IMG/VR virus record: IMGVR_UViG_3300020592_000003
Location: 1-31,435 of that record
Length of the DNA stretch: 31,435 nucleotides
Direction: 5' to 3' (one strand)
Source of the DNA: a virus
Lineage: Duplodnaviria > Caudoviricetes
Shown: positions 7,996-18,400 of the stretch, piece by piece
How positions within the stretch are numbered: position 1 is the first letter of the stretch
Layout of the letters: the number at the start of each line of letters is the position of its first letter
Position numbers and translations under genes: made by a program
Notes under the pieces: generated by a model
What the model was told of the DNA's origin: nothing
Seen by the model: the letters and a program-made list of their open reading frames with translations, nothing else
Databases searched by the model: none

Positions 7996-8250
7996 ATGGC
8001 AAATCCGGGCCTGGACAAGAAGCCTGCCGCTCGACACCTGGGCATGCAGAGCGTCATCTACGAAGTGGCAAGCATCATCAAGACACTTGAGGCTGAAGGC
8101 GGAGCCCCGCTCGCTGTGAGCGTGATAGCGGCAACGTCCGGTCTGTCTTCCGAGCGGTCGCACTTCTTGCTGGCTCGTCTTGAGGAGACCGGCATCGTTG
8201 CCTCTGTGAACGGCGAATACTCGTTCGTCACTGGCGTGGTGGCCCCCTGA
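7996..8250 (+). CDS. Small winged-helix (IclR/MarR N-terminal-like) protein
   Basis: AAGGA RBS; LAVSVIAATSGLSSERSHFLLARLEETGIV followed by a beta-wing. Confidence 0.65.
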   Translation: MANPGLDKKPAARHLGMQSVIYEVASIIKTLEAEGGAPLAVSVIAATSGLSSERSHFLLARLEETGIVASVNGEYSFVTGVVAP

Positions 8251-8573
8251 TGGCGTGGCCGAAAGGAAAGCCCCGCAAATCACCAACTGAGAAAGAGCAT
8301 CCCATAATGGAAGCCGTAACAACGACCGCCACCGGATCGGTCTCTCTCGTGCAGGCGAATGCGGATGCCCGCAAGACGGCATTGGCTCTGGCAGCCAAGC
8401 GCGATGCCTGCATCAATGAAATGCTGAAGCCCTATATCGAGGCATACGGTTCGGACAAGGCGCCCCATGTGCGCCGGTTCTTGCGCGATCTGATCGATGG
8501 CAAGCCCCTTACCAAGCCGAAGCCGATTCGCCTCCCTGTTGGAGTTCCCAATGGCTCGTCTCCCGCTGCGTGA
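8250..8573 (+). CDS. Hypothetical protein (107 aa)
   Basis: TGATG coupling; basic N-terminus MAWPKGKPRK. Confidence 0.65.
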   Translation: MAWPKGKPRKSPTEKEHPIMEAVTTTATGSVSLVQANADARKTALALAAKRDACINEMLKPYIEAYGSDKAPHVRRFLRDLIDGKPLTKPKPIRLPVGVPNGSSPAA

Positions 8574-8721
8574 GGCTGCTCGTCCCGTAGAGATCGAGGA
8601 CGAGGACGCCAAGGACTATGTCAAGCCGCACGGCCTGACGGCAGAGCAGCAGGAAGCGCTCTATTTCGCGCGTAAGCGCCGCAAGATGCGTCTGGGCTTC
8701 TATCAGCCCGACCAGGAATAG
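8551..8721 (+). CDS. Hypothetical protein (56 aa)
   Basis: GGAG RBS 6 nt before ATG at 8551. Confidence 0.6.
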   Translation: MARLPLREAARPVEIEDEDAKDYVKPHGLTAEQQEALYFARKRRKMRLGFYQPDQE

Positions 8722-8754
8722 ACCCGCCTTTATCAGCGTCGTGAGACGCCGAAG

Positions 8755-8827
8755 TTGATGTAAACCCCTGAATCTGCTATAAAAATCGGGCCTCCAACGG
8801 TGTTTGCACCACCGCGAGGCCCTGACC
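8755..8827 (+). promoter_or_regulatory. Sigma70-type promoter and structured leader of the HNH gene
   Basis: TTGATG (8755-8760), 17 nt, TATAAA (8778-8783) with TG extension; then hairpin GGGCCTC..CGGTG-TTTGCAC-CACCG..GAGGCCC. Confidence 0.65.
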
Positions 8828-8852
8828 AAAACGAACCTGAACGGAGGCTCGA

Positions 8853-9443
8853 ATGGCTACCCAACGTATATGCTCTGTGGAGGGGTGCGGCAAGTCGCAT
8901 TCGGCTAGGGGATTATGCGGAGCGCACTACCGCAAATGGAAGCGCTACGGTGACCCGCTCGCCGGAGGAACGAGAACGGCGAACGGAAAGCCGTTTGACT
9001 TCATCGAGAAAACTGTCCTGCCCTATGATGGCGACGAATGTATTCTTTGGCCTTTCGCCAAAACGGAACGCGGTTATCCGATCATCTACCTTGATGGACA
9101 CAATACGACCGCATCGCGCCTTGTCTGTGAAATCACCAATGGACCAGCACCAACTCCCGCCCACCAGGCCGCACACTCGTGTGGAAATGGGCATCTGGCT
9201 TGCGTGACAAAGGGTCATCTTCGCTGGGCAACCGTCTCTGAAAACAAGGCCGACATGGTGGACCACGGTACGCGAATGCGGGGCGCGGCGATCCCTACCG
9301 CAAAGCTTTCTGAACAAGATGTACGCGTCATTCGCAGCCTAGAGGGATCAATGTCCCGCAAGGCTATTGCAGAGCGATATGGCGTAACGGCATCGCTGGT
9401 TTGGTGCATTTTCAAGCGTAAGGCTTGGGGATGGCTGGAATAG
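8853..9443 (+). CDS. HNH homing endonuclease
   Basis: CSVEGC...GLCGAHY; AAHSCGNGHLACV..GHLRWAT..EN..D; C-terminal HTH; GGAGG RBS. Confidence 0.9.
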   Translation: MATQRICSVEGCGKSHSARGLCGAHYRKWKRYGDPLAGGTRTANGKPFDFIEKTVLPYDGDECILWPFAKTERGYPIIYLDGHNTTASRLVCEITNGPAPTPAHQAAHSCGNGHLACVTKGHLRWATVSENKADMVDHGTRMRGAAIPTAKLSEQDVRVIRSLEGSMSRKAIAERYGVTASLVWCIFKRKAWGWLE

Positions 9444-9452
9444 GTCACCGCA

Positions 9453-10037
9453 ATGGCAATTGATGAAACCAGTATATACAATCTGGCCTTTGACCTGTTG
9501 GACGAAGAGGTCGCCATTGACCCTTCCGATGACAGGGCACCTGTTCGCTGGATGAAGCGCAATTACGCGCCTGTCCGCGATGCCGTATTGCGCCGTCACC
9601 CCTGGAATTTCGCCCTGGCTCGCGCGTCGCTCTCGGCTCTTTCGGATGCCCCTCCGTTTGGGTGGAAATATCAGTACCAGCTTCCCACCGAATGCCTTCG
9701 GCTGCTTCCGCTGACGGAAGGCGCTCTGTTGAATGGCGCCCCGGTCAAACACGAGGTCGAGGGGCGCCGGGTTCTCACCAATGCAAAAGCCCCACTCAAG
9801 ATCCGCTATGTGCAGCGAGTCGAGGATCCAAACCAATTCGACCCGCTCTTCACCCAATTGCTCGCCGCTGAACTCGCCGTCAGGGCCGCAAACTGGATCA
9901 CCGGAAAGCAAAGCTATGCTGAACGCGTCGGCCAGATGGTGCGTGAACTGAACGAGCAGGCGACGCTTCTGGATGCCCTTGAGGGCACGCCCGCTGATCC
10001 TCTTGACGAAGACCTGATCGCCGTACGGTTTCGCTGA
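9453..10037 (+). CDS. Tail tubular protein A (T7 gp11-like adaptor)
   Basis: I.NLA..LL, RDAVLR.HPWNFA, W.YQYQLP..CLR, FDPLF. Confidence 0.88.
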   Translation: MAIDETSIYNLAFDLLDEEVAIDPSDDRAPVRWMKRNYAPVRDAVLRRHPWNFALARASLSALSDAPPFGWKYQYQLPTECLRLLPLTEGALLNGAPVKHEVEGRRVLTNAKAPLKIRYVQRVEDPNQFDPLFTQLLAAELAVRAANWITGKQSYAERVGQMVRELNEQATLLDALEGTPADPLDEDLIAVRFR

Positions 10038-12400
10038 TGCCAGTCTTTGCTCAACAGCCGGCGTTTTCTCGAGGTGAGATTAGCCCGCGCCTCTGGTCGC
10101 GTGCCGACATCTCTCATTATGCCCTTGCCCTGAAGGAGTGCACCAACTTCACAGTAATGCGGCAGGGTGGGTTGACCCGTCGCACGGGAACGCAGTTCAT
10201 CAACGAGGTTAAGAACTCCTCGCAAAGGGTTCGGCTTATTGATTTCGTGTTTTCAACACAGCAGGCTTATGTCCTGGAGTTCGGCCACCTTTACATGAGG
10301 GTTTATGCCTCGGGCGGCATAGTGACAAGCGGCGGCAGTCCGGTTGAGATCGCCACGCCCTATACCCAAGAGGAGATTTTTGACCTGCACTACGTCCAGT
10401 CTGCGGATGTTCTTTACATCGCGCACCCGCAGCACTTCCCTCAAAAGATCAGCCGGACATCGGACACTAGCTGGTCGATAACAGATGTGGTGTTCAAGGA
10501 TGGGCCATACCTGGACACCAATGATACTGCAACAACACTAACACCGGCATCAACCGGCCTGCTAGGCATAGTACATGTCGACGCGTTAGAGGCGAGTGGC
10601 ACACAGGAGATTGGCGCCGCTGGTGTGTGTAGCGGATACACCATTCAAGTTTCTACGCAGTCCATTGACGATGCACCGTGTGAGTGGACATTTGAGGGTT
10701 TCAATGGGTCGGCATGGATAGGCCTTGATACTCAGTCATCCCAGACAGGGTGGTCGCGTGGAGAAACCCGATTCTACGAATTGAACAACAAAGTATCCTT
10801 TCAGAAGTATCGGGTTGTCTGGTCGGGGAATAATGGCGCCGAGGGTACCGTTTTTGCCATTGCGCTGACACAAAGCGGAGAGACGCAGACCCCTTTCAAT
10901 CTGACTGCCTCCAGTACAACAGGCATCAACAATGACACAGGCTTCCAACCGAGCGACGTCGGACGACCAATAAGGCTTCTTGGTGGCGATGGGCGGTGGC
11001 GGTGGGCGCAAATTGTGTCCTGGGTGTCTAGCACCGTTGTCACAGTCAGGTTGTTTGGATTTGCTCTACCTAACGTAAATCCGGTAGCGAGTTGGAGGCT
11101 GGGTGCCTTTTCTACTTATTCGGGTTTCCCGGGGCGTGTCGGTTTCTATCAGGAGCGCTTGGTATGGGCTCGTACTAGCACGCAACCGCAAACCGTCTGG
11201 TTCTCTAAGACAAGCATCCTGGACGACTATGGCACGTCGCAGCCCGTGCTAGCCGATGACGGCCTTTCATTTACGATCCTTTCCGAGAGCGTGAACGAGA
11301 TAAAGTGGGTCAAAGAGGGCTCCGACCTTCTGATAGGCACCTCTGCTGGCATTCGATCGCTGGGGCCGTCTGACAATTCCAATGCGTTCGCTCCCGACAA
11401 TGTTTTGCAACGCCGGCATGTCAACTACGGCTCATCCGATATGCAGCCCGTCGAGGTAGGGCAGGTTACGCTGTACGTGGATCGGTTTCGAAAAGGGGTG
11501 CGTGAGGCTATGTACTCCTTCGAAAACGATTCCATTGTGGCGCCAGAGGTGACGGTGCTGTCGGAGCACATTTTCGGGCGAGGCATTTCGGACCTCGCAT
11601 ATCAGGCTTCTCCTGTCTCGGTCCTTTGGCTTGTGCTCGATACGGGCGAGCTTGCCGGGATCACCTATGAGCGCGAGCAGGAGATGTTCGCGACACACGT
11701 TCATCGGCTTGGTGGCCGCTTTGGCGCCGATGATTTTGGTCACGTCGAGAGCGTTGCGGCGATCCCCGGAGATAATGGGGATGAACTATGGCTGATCGTC
11801 AAGCGGACGATCAACGGACAGACTAGGCGCTACGTCGAGCGCTTGTCCGAGGCGTTCGATGGCGATCTGCCGCGTGCGTTCTTCGTGGATTGCGGACTTA
11901 CCTATGACGGGGCACCTACCAGCACCTTCTCAGGGCTTGGTCATTTAGAAGGGGAGGAAGTCGCTATCCTTGGCGACGGCGCGGTGTTTCCGTCGCGGAC
12001 TGTCGTTGGGGGTCAGGTGAGCCTTCAGGACGGTGAAAAGGTATCCAAAGCCTCCATCGGTCTTCCGTACCACAGTCAAATTCACACGCTGGATCCAGGT
12101 GTATCGCGCGGCGATGGCTCTGGTCTGGGCCGCAGGAAGAAGATTACCAAGGTCATGGTTGATCTTTACGAGACAGGTCAGCTGATGGGGCGCACTGCCG
12201 GAAGCGCCAAGGCTGAAACCATCGTCCTGCGCTCAACATCGGATTTGATGGACGAGCCTGTCCCTCTCACAAGCGGATGGAAGACCTTCCGCCCCGATGG
12301 CGGATGGGGTGAAGCGCCTGGCGAAGTGGTCCTGTTCGTGGACCTGCCAGTGCCCGCCTCGATACGCTCTGTGACCCCTGTTATTGAACCGGAGCCCTGA
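10037..12400 (+). CDS. Tail tubular protein B (T7 gp12-like nozzle)
   Basis: FS.GEISP.L..R.D, GG..RR.GT.F, QSADV, FYQERL, RYVERL, GL.HLEG..V; 787 aa. Confidence 0.9.
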   Translation: MPVFAQQPAFSRGEISPRLWSRADISHYALALKECTNFTVMRQGGLTRRTGTQFINEVKNSSQRVRLIDFVFSTQQAYVLEFGHLYMRVYASGGIVTSGGSPVEIATPYTQEEIFDLHYVQSADVLYIAHPQHFPQKISRTSDTSWSITDVVFKDGPYLDTNDTATTLTPASTGLLGIVHVDALEASGTQEIGAAGVCSGYTIQVSTQSIDDAPCEWTFEGFNGSAWIGLDTQSSQTGWSRGETRFYELNNKVSFQKYRVVWSGNNGAEGTVFAIALTQSGETQTPFNLTASSTTGINNDTGFQPSDVGRPIRLLGGDGRWRWAQIVSWVSSTVVTVRLFGFALPNVNPVASWRLGAFSTYSGFPGRVGFYQERLVWARTSTQPQTVWFSKTSILDDYGTSQPVLADDGLSFTILSESVNEIKWVKEGSDLLIGTSAGIRSLGPSDNSNAFAPDNVLQRRHVNYGSSDMQPVEVGQVTLYVDRFRKGVREAMYSFENDSIVAPEVTVLSEHIFGRGISDLAYQASPVSVLWLVLDTGELAGITYEREQEMFATHVHRLGGRFGADDFGHVESVAAIPGDNGDELWLIVKRTINGQTRRYVERLSEAFDGDLPRAFFVDCGLTYDGAPTSTFSGLGHLEGEEVAILGDGAVFPSRTVVGGQVSLQDGEKVSKASIGLPYHSQIHTLDPGVSRGDGSGLGRRKKITKVMVDLYETGQLMGRTAGSAKAETIVLRSTSDLMDEPVPLTSGWKTFRPDGGWGEAPGEVVLFVDLPVPASIRSVTPVIEPEP

Positions 12401-12402
12401 TC

Positions 12403-12918
12403 ATGTGCTTTCCAGCTTTAGCAGGTTTGCCTCTCATCGGCGGTTTTTTTAGCGGCGGTTCGGGACTGGCGACGGCTGCTTCTGTGGCTGGAGCAGGCCT
12501 TAGTGCCGTGGGTGCAATTCAGTCTGCAAACGCGCAGGCAGCGGGGCTACGTCAGCAGGCGGAGTTCAATGAAAGGCAAGCTGAAATCGAGGCTCAGCGC
12601 GGGGCATTTGAGGCTCAGCGTGAGCGTGAAAACGCGCAGCGCCTCCTCGCCCGTCAGCGTGCCAATTTCGCTGCCTCTGGCGTAGCCCTGGAGGGATCAC
12701 CCACAGCGGTGATAGAGGACACGGCAGCGGAGACGGCATTGGACATCGCGTCGATCAGGTATGGCTCTGCATTGCGTGCCGGGAACTTCCGAACTCAAGC
12801 CGCCTATGACAGGGCCAATGCCAGCAGTGCCCGCACAGCTGGGTTCATCAGCGCAGGGACTAGCCTGTTCTCCGGCCTTGCCCGTACCCGTCTCTCCAAC
12901 CCCTACAGTGTTGGCTAA
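12403..12918 (+). CDS. Internal virion protein (T7 gp14-like ejection protein)
   Basis: MC start, Ala/Gly-rich, AASGV...GSP motif; first of three ejection genes. Confidence 0.75.
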   Translation: MCFPALAGLPLIGGFFSGGSGLATAASVAGAGLSAVGAIQSANAQAAGLRQQAEFNERQAEIEAQRGAFEAQRERENAQRLLARQRANFAASGVALEGSPTAVIEDTAAETALDIASIRYGSALRAGNFRTQAAYDRANASSARTAGFISAGTSLFSGLARTRLSNPYSVG

Positions 12919-15482
12919 TGGCGCGCATCCCCACCTACACAAGACAAGCCTCGCTCGATACGGCTGCGGGAACCATCCCGAACACGCGTATAAGCGGAGC
13001 TGTTGGCGAGGCCCTGGCCGGCGCCGGTCAAGAACTGTCTTTCATCGGAGAGCGCCTTGCTTTACGCGAGCGCCAACGTGACGAGTTTTTGACGCAACAG
13101 CGCTTCCAGCAGATGGGTTCTGCAATCGAGCAGGATTTCATGGCTCTGCAGCGCGACATGGACCCGACCGGTAAGGGTTTCCACGACACGGCGATGCAGA
13201 CCTTCGACAAGAAGGCCCAGGATTTCCTTGCATCGGTCCCAGAGCATTCACGAGAGAAGTGGGCCGAGCGCGTTCGAACGCTCTACGCCGACACCTCGAA
13301 CCGTGTTGCGGCGGAAGAGGTGAAACAGTGGGATGCCTATCAGACCACTGAAACGACGAAGATGCTGGATCAGCTTGCGACCGGCATTAACCAATACGGT
13401 CCGGGCAGCATGGAAAGCTACCTCACCCAGGGTGAGGAAATCATCAATGCGACCAGCCTGCCGAAGATTGCCAAGGAGGAGTTGTCCCGCAAGTGGCGGG
13501 AGGCCGCGCAAACCACCGCGCTCATGGCAATGCCGCCAGAGGAACGCAAGCGTGCGCTCGGTGATGCACTCGGCATTGATATCCCAGCCTCTACGTCTTC
13601 TGTCGTTGATCGAATCGTCGGCGTAGAGAGCGGCGGAAATCCCAACGCCAAGAACCCAAATAGTTCGGCAACCGGCGCCGGTCAGTTCATCGATTCAACG
13701 TGGATCAATATGATCCGCAAGCACCGTCCTGACTTGGCGGAAGGCAGAAGCCGCAGCCAAATCCTCGCATTGAGGACAAACGGCGATCTGTCACGCGAAA
13801 TGGTGCAGCGTTACGCGGAAGAGAACGCAGCACAATTGCAAGCGGCAGGCTTCCAGCCTACGGCAGGGAATGTCTACCTGGCGCACTTCCTTGGCCCCCA
13901 GGGCGCAATCGATATGCTGCGGGCTGATCCGAACGCAGATGCGGCCAGCGTCAATCCGGCAGCAGCAAAAGCCAATCAATCGATCTTCTATCGCCGCGGA
14001 GTGCCGAAATCTGCGGCGCAGGTGGTTGCCTGGGCAGAGGATAAGATGGGTGGCACGCGGCATGCGTCGGATATCCGCAGGCCGCTCAGCAAGCCAGATC
14101 CCCGCTTCCAGGATGTTTCTCTCGATACGCGCATCAAGCTGATAGAGCAGGCAGACAATGAAATCCTGGCGCGTCAACGCGAGGAGCAGGCGCAGCGTAC
14201 TGCGACTCTCGCAAGCCTGAAGGATAACTTTTCGCTTCGCATCGCAACGGGTGACCCGTCGCTGACGCAACAGGACATCCTCGATTCGAGGCTTGATGAT
14301 GGCGACAAAGCGGCACTTATCAATTCCTACGTCGCCAAACGCGGTGAAGAGGTCGCGACAGCTCAGGCACTTGACCAGTTCTCGTCCGGTGCCCTGAAAG
14401 TCGATCCCTATGATACGAAGGGCCGCGATACGGTCGATAATGTTTATGGCGCGATCCTGACCGGCGTCCCGCAAGAGCAGATTGTACCCGTCACGGAGGA
14501 ATTGGTTAGGCAGACGGGGGTTGTGCCCAAGCAGGCTTTGAGTGCGATCCGGCAGGGCATTGAGAGCCAAGACCCCAATCAGGTCGCCATGGCATTGCAG
14601 GCGGCCCAGCGTATTGCGACGGTGAACCCCGCGGCTTTGGCACGCCGTGATGGCGGGCAGACCGTGCAGGACGCCGCGGACGACTTCAGCTATTACGTGA
14701 ACACGCTCAACCTTTCGCCGGAGCAGGCTGCACGGCGCATCATGGAAAAGCGCGACCCGGCCAAGCAGCGCGACCGGAAGGCCCTAGAACCCCTTGCCAA
14801 GCAATTCACCAAGGAAATGGAGGGGGTCGATCTTGCGGCAGAGTTTGACGATAGTGTCCTTGGCTGGCGGTCGAACCCGGAACTTGGTTTCTCCCCGGCG
14901 CAAGAGGCGGGGTTGAAGGCTGAATTCATTGCCATTGCAGAAGATGAATTCTATCGCGCCAATGGTGACCCTGAGCTGGCCAAGAATCGCGCCCTTGAGA
15001 CCATGAAGCGCCTTTATGGTGTGACGACGATGACAGGACGTCGAGTGGTGATGAAGCACCCGCCTGAACGCTATTGGCCCGATCTGAGTGAGGGCTGGAT
15101 GGAAGACCCTCTGAATTATGCTCGCCTTCAGCTTGAGCAGGATCTGAAAGAGCTAAGCCCAGACGCGGATATGTCCAGAGTGCAGGTTGTCACGACGCCT
15201 CAGACCGATGCAATGGTCAAGCGCGGAGAGATGCCTGCCTATGCCGTTCTCTACATGGATGAAAACGGGGTGCTTCAGACAATGCCCGGAAAGCTATGGC
15301 GCCCTGATTTGGCGAGGGAAAGCGCGAGGGCTGAGAACATTGAAGCAGCGCGGGAACGCGATCAGCAACTTCGCGAAGACCTTGCCCGTGATGAGCAGCA
15401 GGCAATTCAGCGGGGCATGGACCGCGACCGCTCGCTTGATATCTTCCTTGAGGGGAATCCCCTCACCGGGGAGCAGCGCTGA
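12918..15482 (+). CDS. Internal virion protein with lysozyme-like/lytic transglycosylase domain
   Basis: IVGVESGGNPNAKNPNSSATGAGQFIDSTW ... YLAHFLG at about 13600-14050. Confidence 0.82.
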   Translation: MARIPTYTRQASLDTAAGTIPNTRISGAVGEALAGAGQELSFIGERLALRERQRDEFLTQQRFQQMGSAIEQDFMALQRDMDPTGKGFHDTAMQTFDKKAQDFLASVPEHSREKWAERVRTLYADTSNRVAAEEVKQWDAYQTTETTKMLDQLATGINQYGPGSMESYLTQGEEIINATSLPKIAKEELSRKWREAAQTTALMAMPPEERKRALGDALGIDIPASTSSVVDRIVGVESGGNPNAKNPNSSATGAGQFIDSTWINMIRKHRPDLAEGRSRSQILALRTNGDLSREMVQRYAEENAAQLQAAGFQPTAGNVYLAHFLGPQGAIDMLRADPNADAASVNPAAAKANQSIFYRRGVPKSAAQVVAWAEDKMGGTRHASDIRRPLSKPDPRFQDVSLDTRIKLIEQADNEILARQREEQAQRTATLASLKDNFSLRIATGDPSLTQQDILDSRLDDGDKAALINSYVAKRGEEVATAQALDQFSSGALKVDPYDTKGRDTVDNVYGAILTGVPQEQIVPVTEELVRQTGVVPKQALSAIRQGIESQDPNQVAMALQAAQRIATVNPAALARRDGGQTVQDAADDFSYYVNTLNLSPEQAARRIMEKRDPAKQRDRKALEPLAKQFTKEMEGVDLAAEFDDSVLGWRSNPELGFSPAQEAGLKAEFIAIAEDEFYRANGDPELAKNRALETMKRLYGVTTMTGRRVVMKHPPERYWPDLSEGWMEDPLNYARLQLEQDLKELSPDADMSRVQVVTTPQTDAMVKRGEMPAYAVLYMDENGVLQTMPGKLWRPDLARESARAENIEAARERDQQLREDLARDEQQAIQRGMDRDRSLDIFLEGNPLTGEQR

Positions 15483-18400
15483 TGCCCTTTATTGAGGAAC
15501 GCAGGTCGCCTGCTGATTTGGTCAATATCGCACCGCCCGACATGCCGGATAATCCTGACCCGTCGCTGGGCGAGACTTTTGGGGCAGCGTTCCGCACGCA
15601 AAACGTTGTTGGCTCCTTCCTGTCGTCGCGCGGCCAGCCCGACCCATATCGGATTGAGCCGGATTTCGATGCTATCGACTATGTGAAGGACGACCCGGAG
15701 TTCTCGCCTTACGTCCAGGAATTCGCTGGTATTTTCAATCGTGAGGCAGCAGACGCGAAGAAAGAGCAGATCAAGCGCGAGCTTGCCGACCAACGAACCA
15801 TTGAAGCGGCGGGCGTGACCGGTGTGATTGCCTCTATGGCTGCTGGTGTGGTGGACCTGCCGACGCTTCTTGTCCCGGGTAGCGTCGTAAGCACGGGTGT
15901 ACGCGCGACGGGCTCCATTGCCGTGGGCACTGCAATTGGCGCGGGTCTTGACGCTACAGTTTCCGAGCTCGGATTGCAGGCTACGCAGGCCACCAGAACG
16001 GCAGAGGAAAGCGCAATCAACATCGGCGGCTCCGTTGTGCTCGGCGGCGCCCTTGGCGCTCTGGTGGGCCGCTATCTGTCGCCCAAGGCCACGGTTGGAT
16101 TGTCCCGTAGGATCGAGGGACAAGAGCGGGCATTCGAGGAGTTCGATCAGGCATTCATCAACACAGGGGGAGCGTCCGCAGGTGCGGCGGCAAGAGAACG
16201 TGGGCCGCTGACGCTGAAGGATGAAGCAATTATCAAGCGCCTTCCAGGCATCAATCGTCAGGACCCGCTCATCCGCTCTCAGCTTTCACCCTATGCCACG
16301 GCTCGCGAGGCAGTGCGGCGTATGGCGGAAACGCCGCTGGAATATGCAGAGAACGCTCAGGGCGTGGCCACAGAACTTGGTGGTTCGGTCGAGACGCGTA
16401 TCAAGATGTGGAACGCGCCGCTCGCGAAGACCCTACGCGAGATCGATACTCTCTATGCCAGGTACTATCACGGCACGCCGGAGCCGAGCGCTTGGCAGCG
16501 CACGCTTTCGCCTGCACTCTCGGAATTGGATCGCGTAAGAGGAGGGCAGAAGCTCACCTACAAGCAGTTCAAGGAGGAGGTAGGCCGCGCCGCCTATATG
16601 GGCGACACGCACGAAATCCCCGAGGTGGCACAGGCCGCGAAGTATTATCGCGAACTCGATGAAGCGATGAAGAAGGCCGCTATCGAGGCGCGTCTGTTCC
16701 CCGAGGATGTTGGGGTTGCCGGCGACATCTCTCACCGCTTCCGCGTCTACAATAGGGAAAAGATCGTCGCTCGCCGCAACGAGTTCACCGATATCCTTTT
16801 TGATTATTTCCGTGGCGCGCGTGACGCGGCGGCCAAAACCGATGTTGGGGCTGCCGTTGATGATACTGCCCGCAGGGCCGCGCTTCAGGCGGAAGAGTTT
16901 GGCCGGCTTTCCGACGCCGAATTGAAGGGCGTGGTGGACGAGGTGATCGACACGATACTTGGCAACGCCGAGGGGCGCATTCCCTACGATATCGTGGCCG
17001 GCCCTCGTGGTCCTCTGAAAGAGCGTGTGCTGAAGATCGAAAGTGCGAAAATCCACGAATTCCTAGAGAACGACATTGAGACTGTATTGCGCATGCAGAT
17101 GCGCACGATGGCCCCGGATGTGGAGCTGGCCAAGAAGTTCGGAGATGTGAACCTCACTGAGGAAATCCGCAAGATCAATGACGAGGCCAACGCCGCCATT
17201 GCCAATGCCAAAACTCAGAAGGAACGGCAGGCGTTCGAGCGCGACCGCAAGGCGGCAATACGTGACATAAAAGCGATACGGGACCGATTGAGGGGCACTT
17301 ATGCCCTGCCGTCTGATCCGTCATCGCTGGTGGTTCGGGCGGGCAGGGTGGCGCGCAACCTGAACTATGTTCGCCTGCTTGGCGGTATGACGCTCTCAGC
17401 CATACCAGACATGGCGAAGGTGGTATTTACACACGGGCTGATCAGTACGTTCCGAGACGGCTTTCTGCCGCTGATCAGCAACTTCAGAAAGTATCGGTTG
17501 GCTTCGGACGAAGTGAAACTCGCTGGCACGGCGCTTGATATGGTGCTCGATTCCCGCACCATGGCGATGGCTGACATCACGGACGATTTCGGGAGGCACT
17601 CAAAGTTCGAGCGCGGTCTGTCTGCGATTTCATCGAAGTTTGGTGTCGTTTCGCTCATGGCTCCCTGGAATGCGGCCATGAAGCAGTTTGCAGGCGTCGT
17701 GACTATGACGAACATCTTGCGCGCTGCTGAGCGTGTCGCTACGGGTGCGGCAGAGAAAGGCGATGTTCGCAAGCTGGCGGCGTCGGGCATCAACCTTGAT
17801 CTGGCCAAGCGCATAGCAACGGAATTCGCAGAGCATGGCGAGCGCGGCGAGGTGTGGCTTGCGCAAACAGGGGCTTGGGCTGACAGGCAGGCGGCAGAAG
17901 CATTTCGCGCGGCGGTTGTTCGCGATGTGGATAGGATAGTTGTTACGCCCGGGCAGGATAAGCCTCTATGGATGAGCACGGAACTTGGCAAGACAGTTGG
18001 CCAATTCAAGAGCTTTGCCGTGTCGTCCATGCAGCGCACCATGCTTGCGGGGCTCCAGCAGAGAGATGCAGCCGTGCTGAATGGTACGCTGCTTATGCTC
18101 GGTCTTGGCGCTGTGACTTATGCGGTTAAGGAAAAGGCCGCTGGCCGCGAACTCTCGGACGACCCACGGGTGTGGGCGGTTAATGCCCTTGACCGCTCTG
18201 GCCTGACTGGATGGCTTATGGAGGCCAACAACATCTCGGAAAAGGCCACACGTGGTCGTGTGGGGCTTTCGGCGGTCTCAGGCGAGCAAGTAAGCCGCTA
18301 CGCCTCCCGGAACGTCTATGGCGCTTTCCTGGGGCCTTCAGCGGACGCAGTGGCGGATATCTTCCAGGTGTCGGGGTCGATCTTCGCCGGCGATACTACC

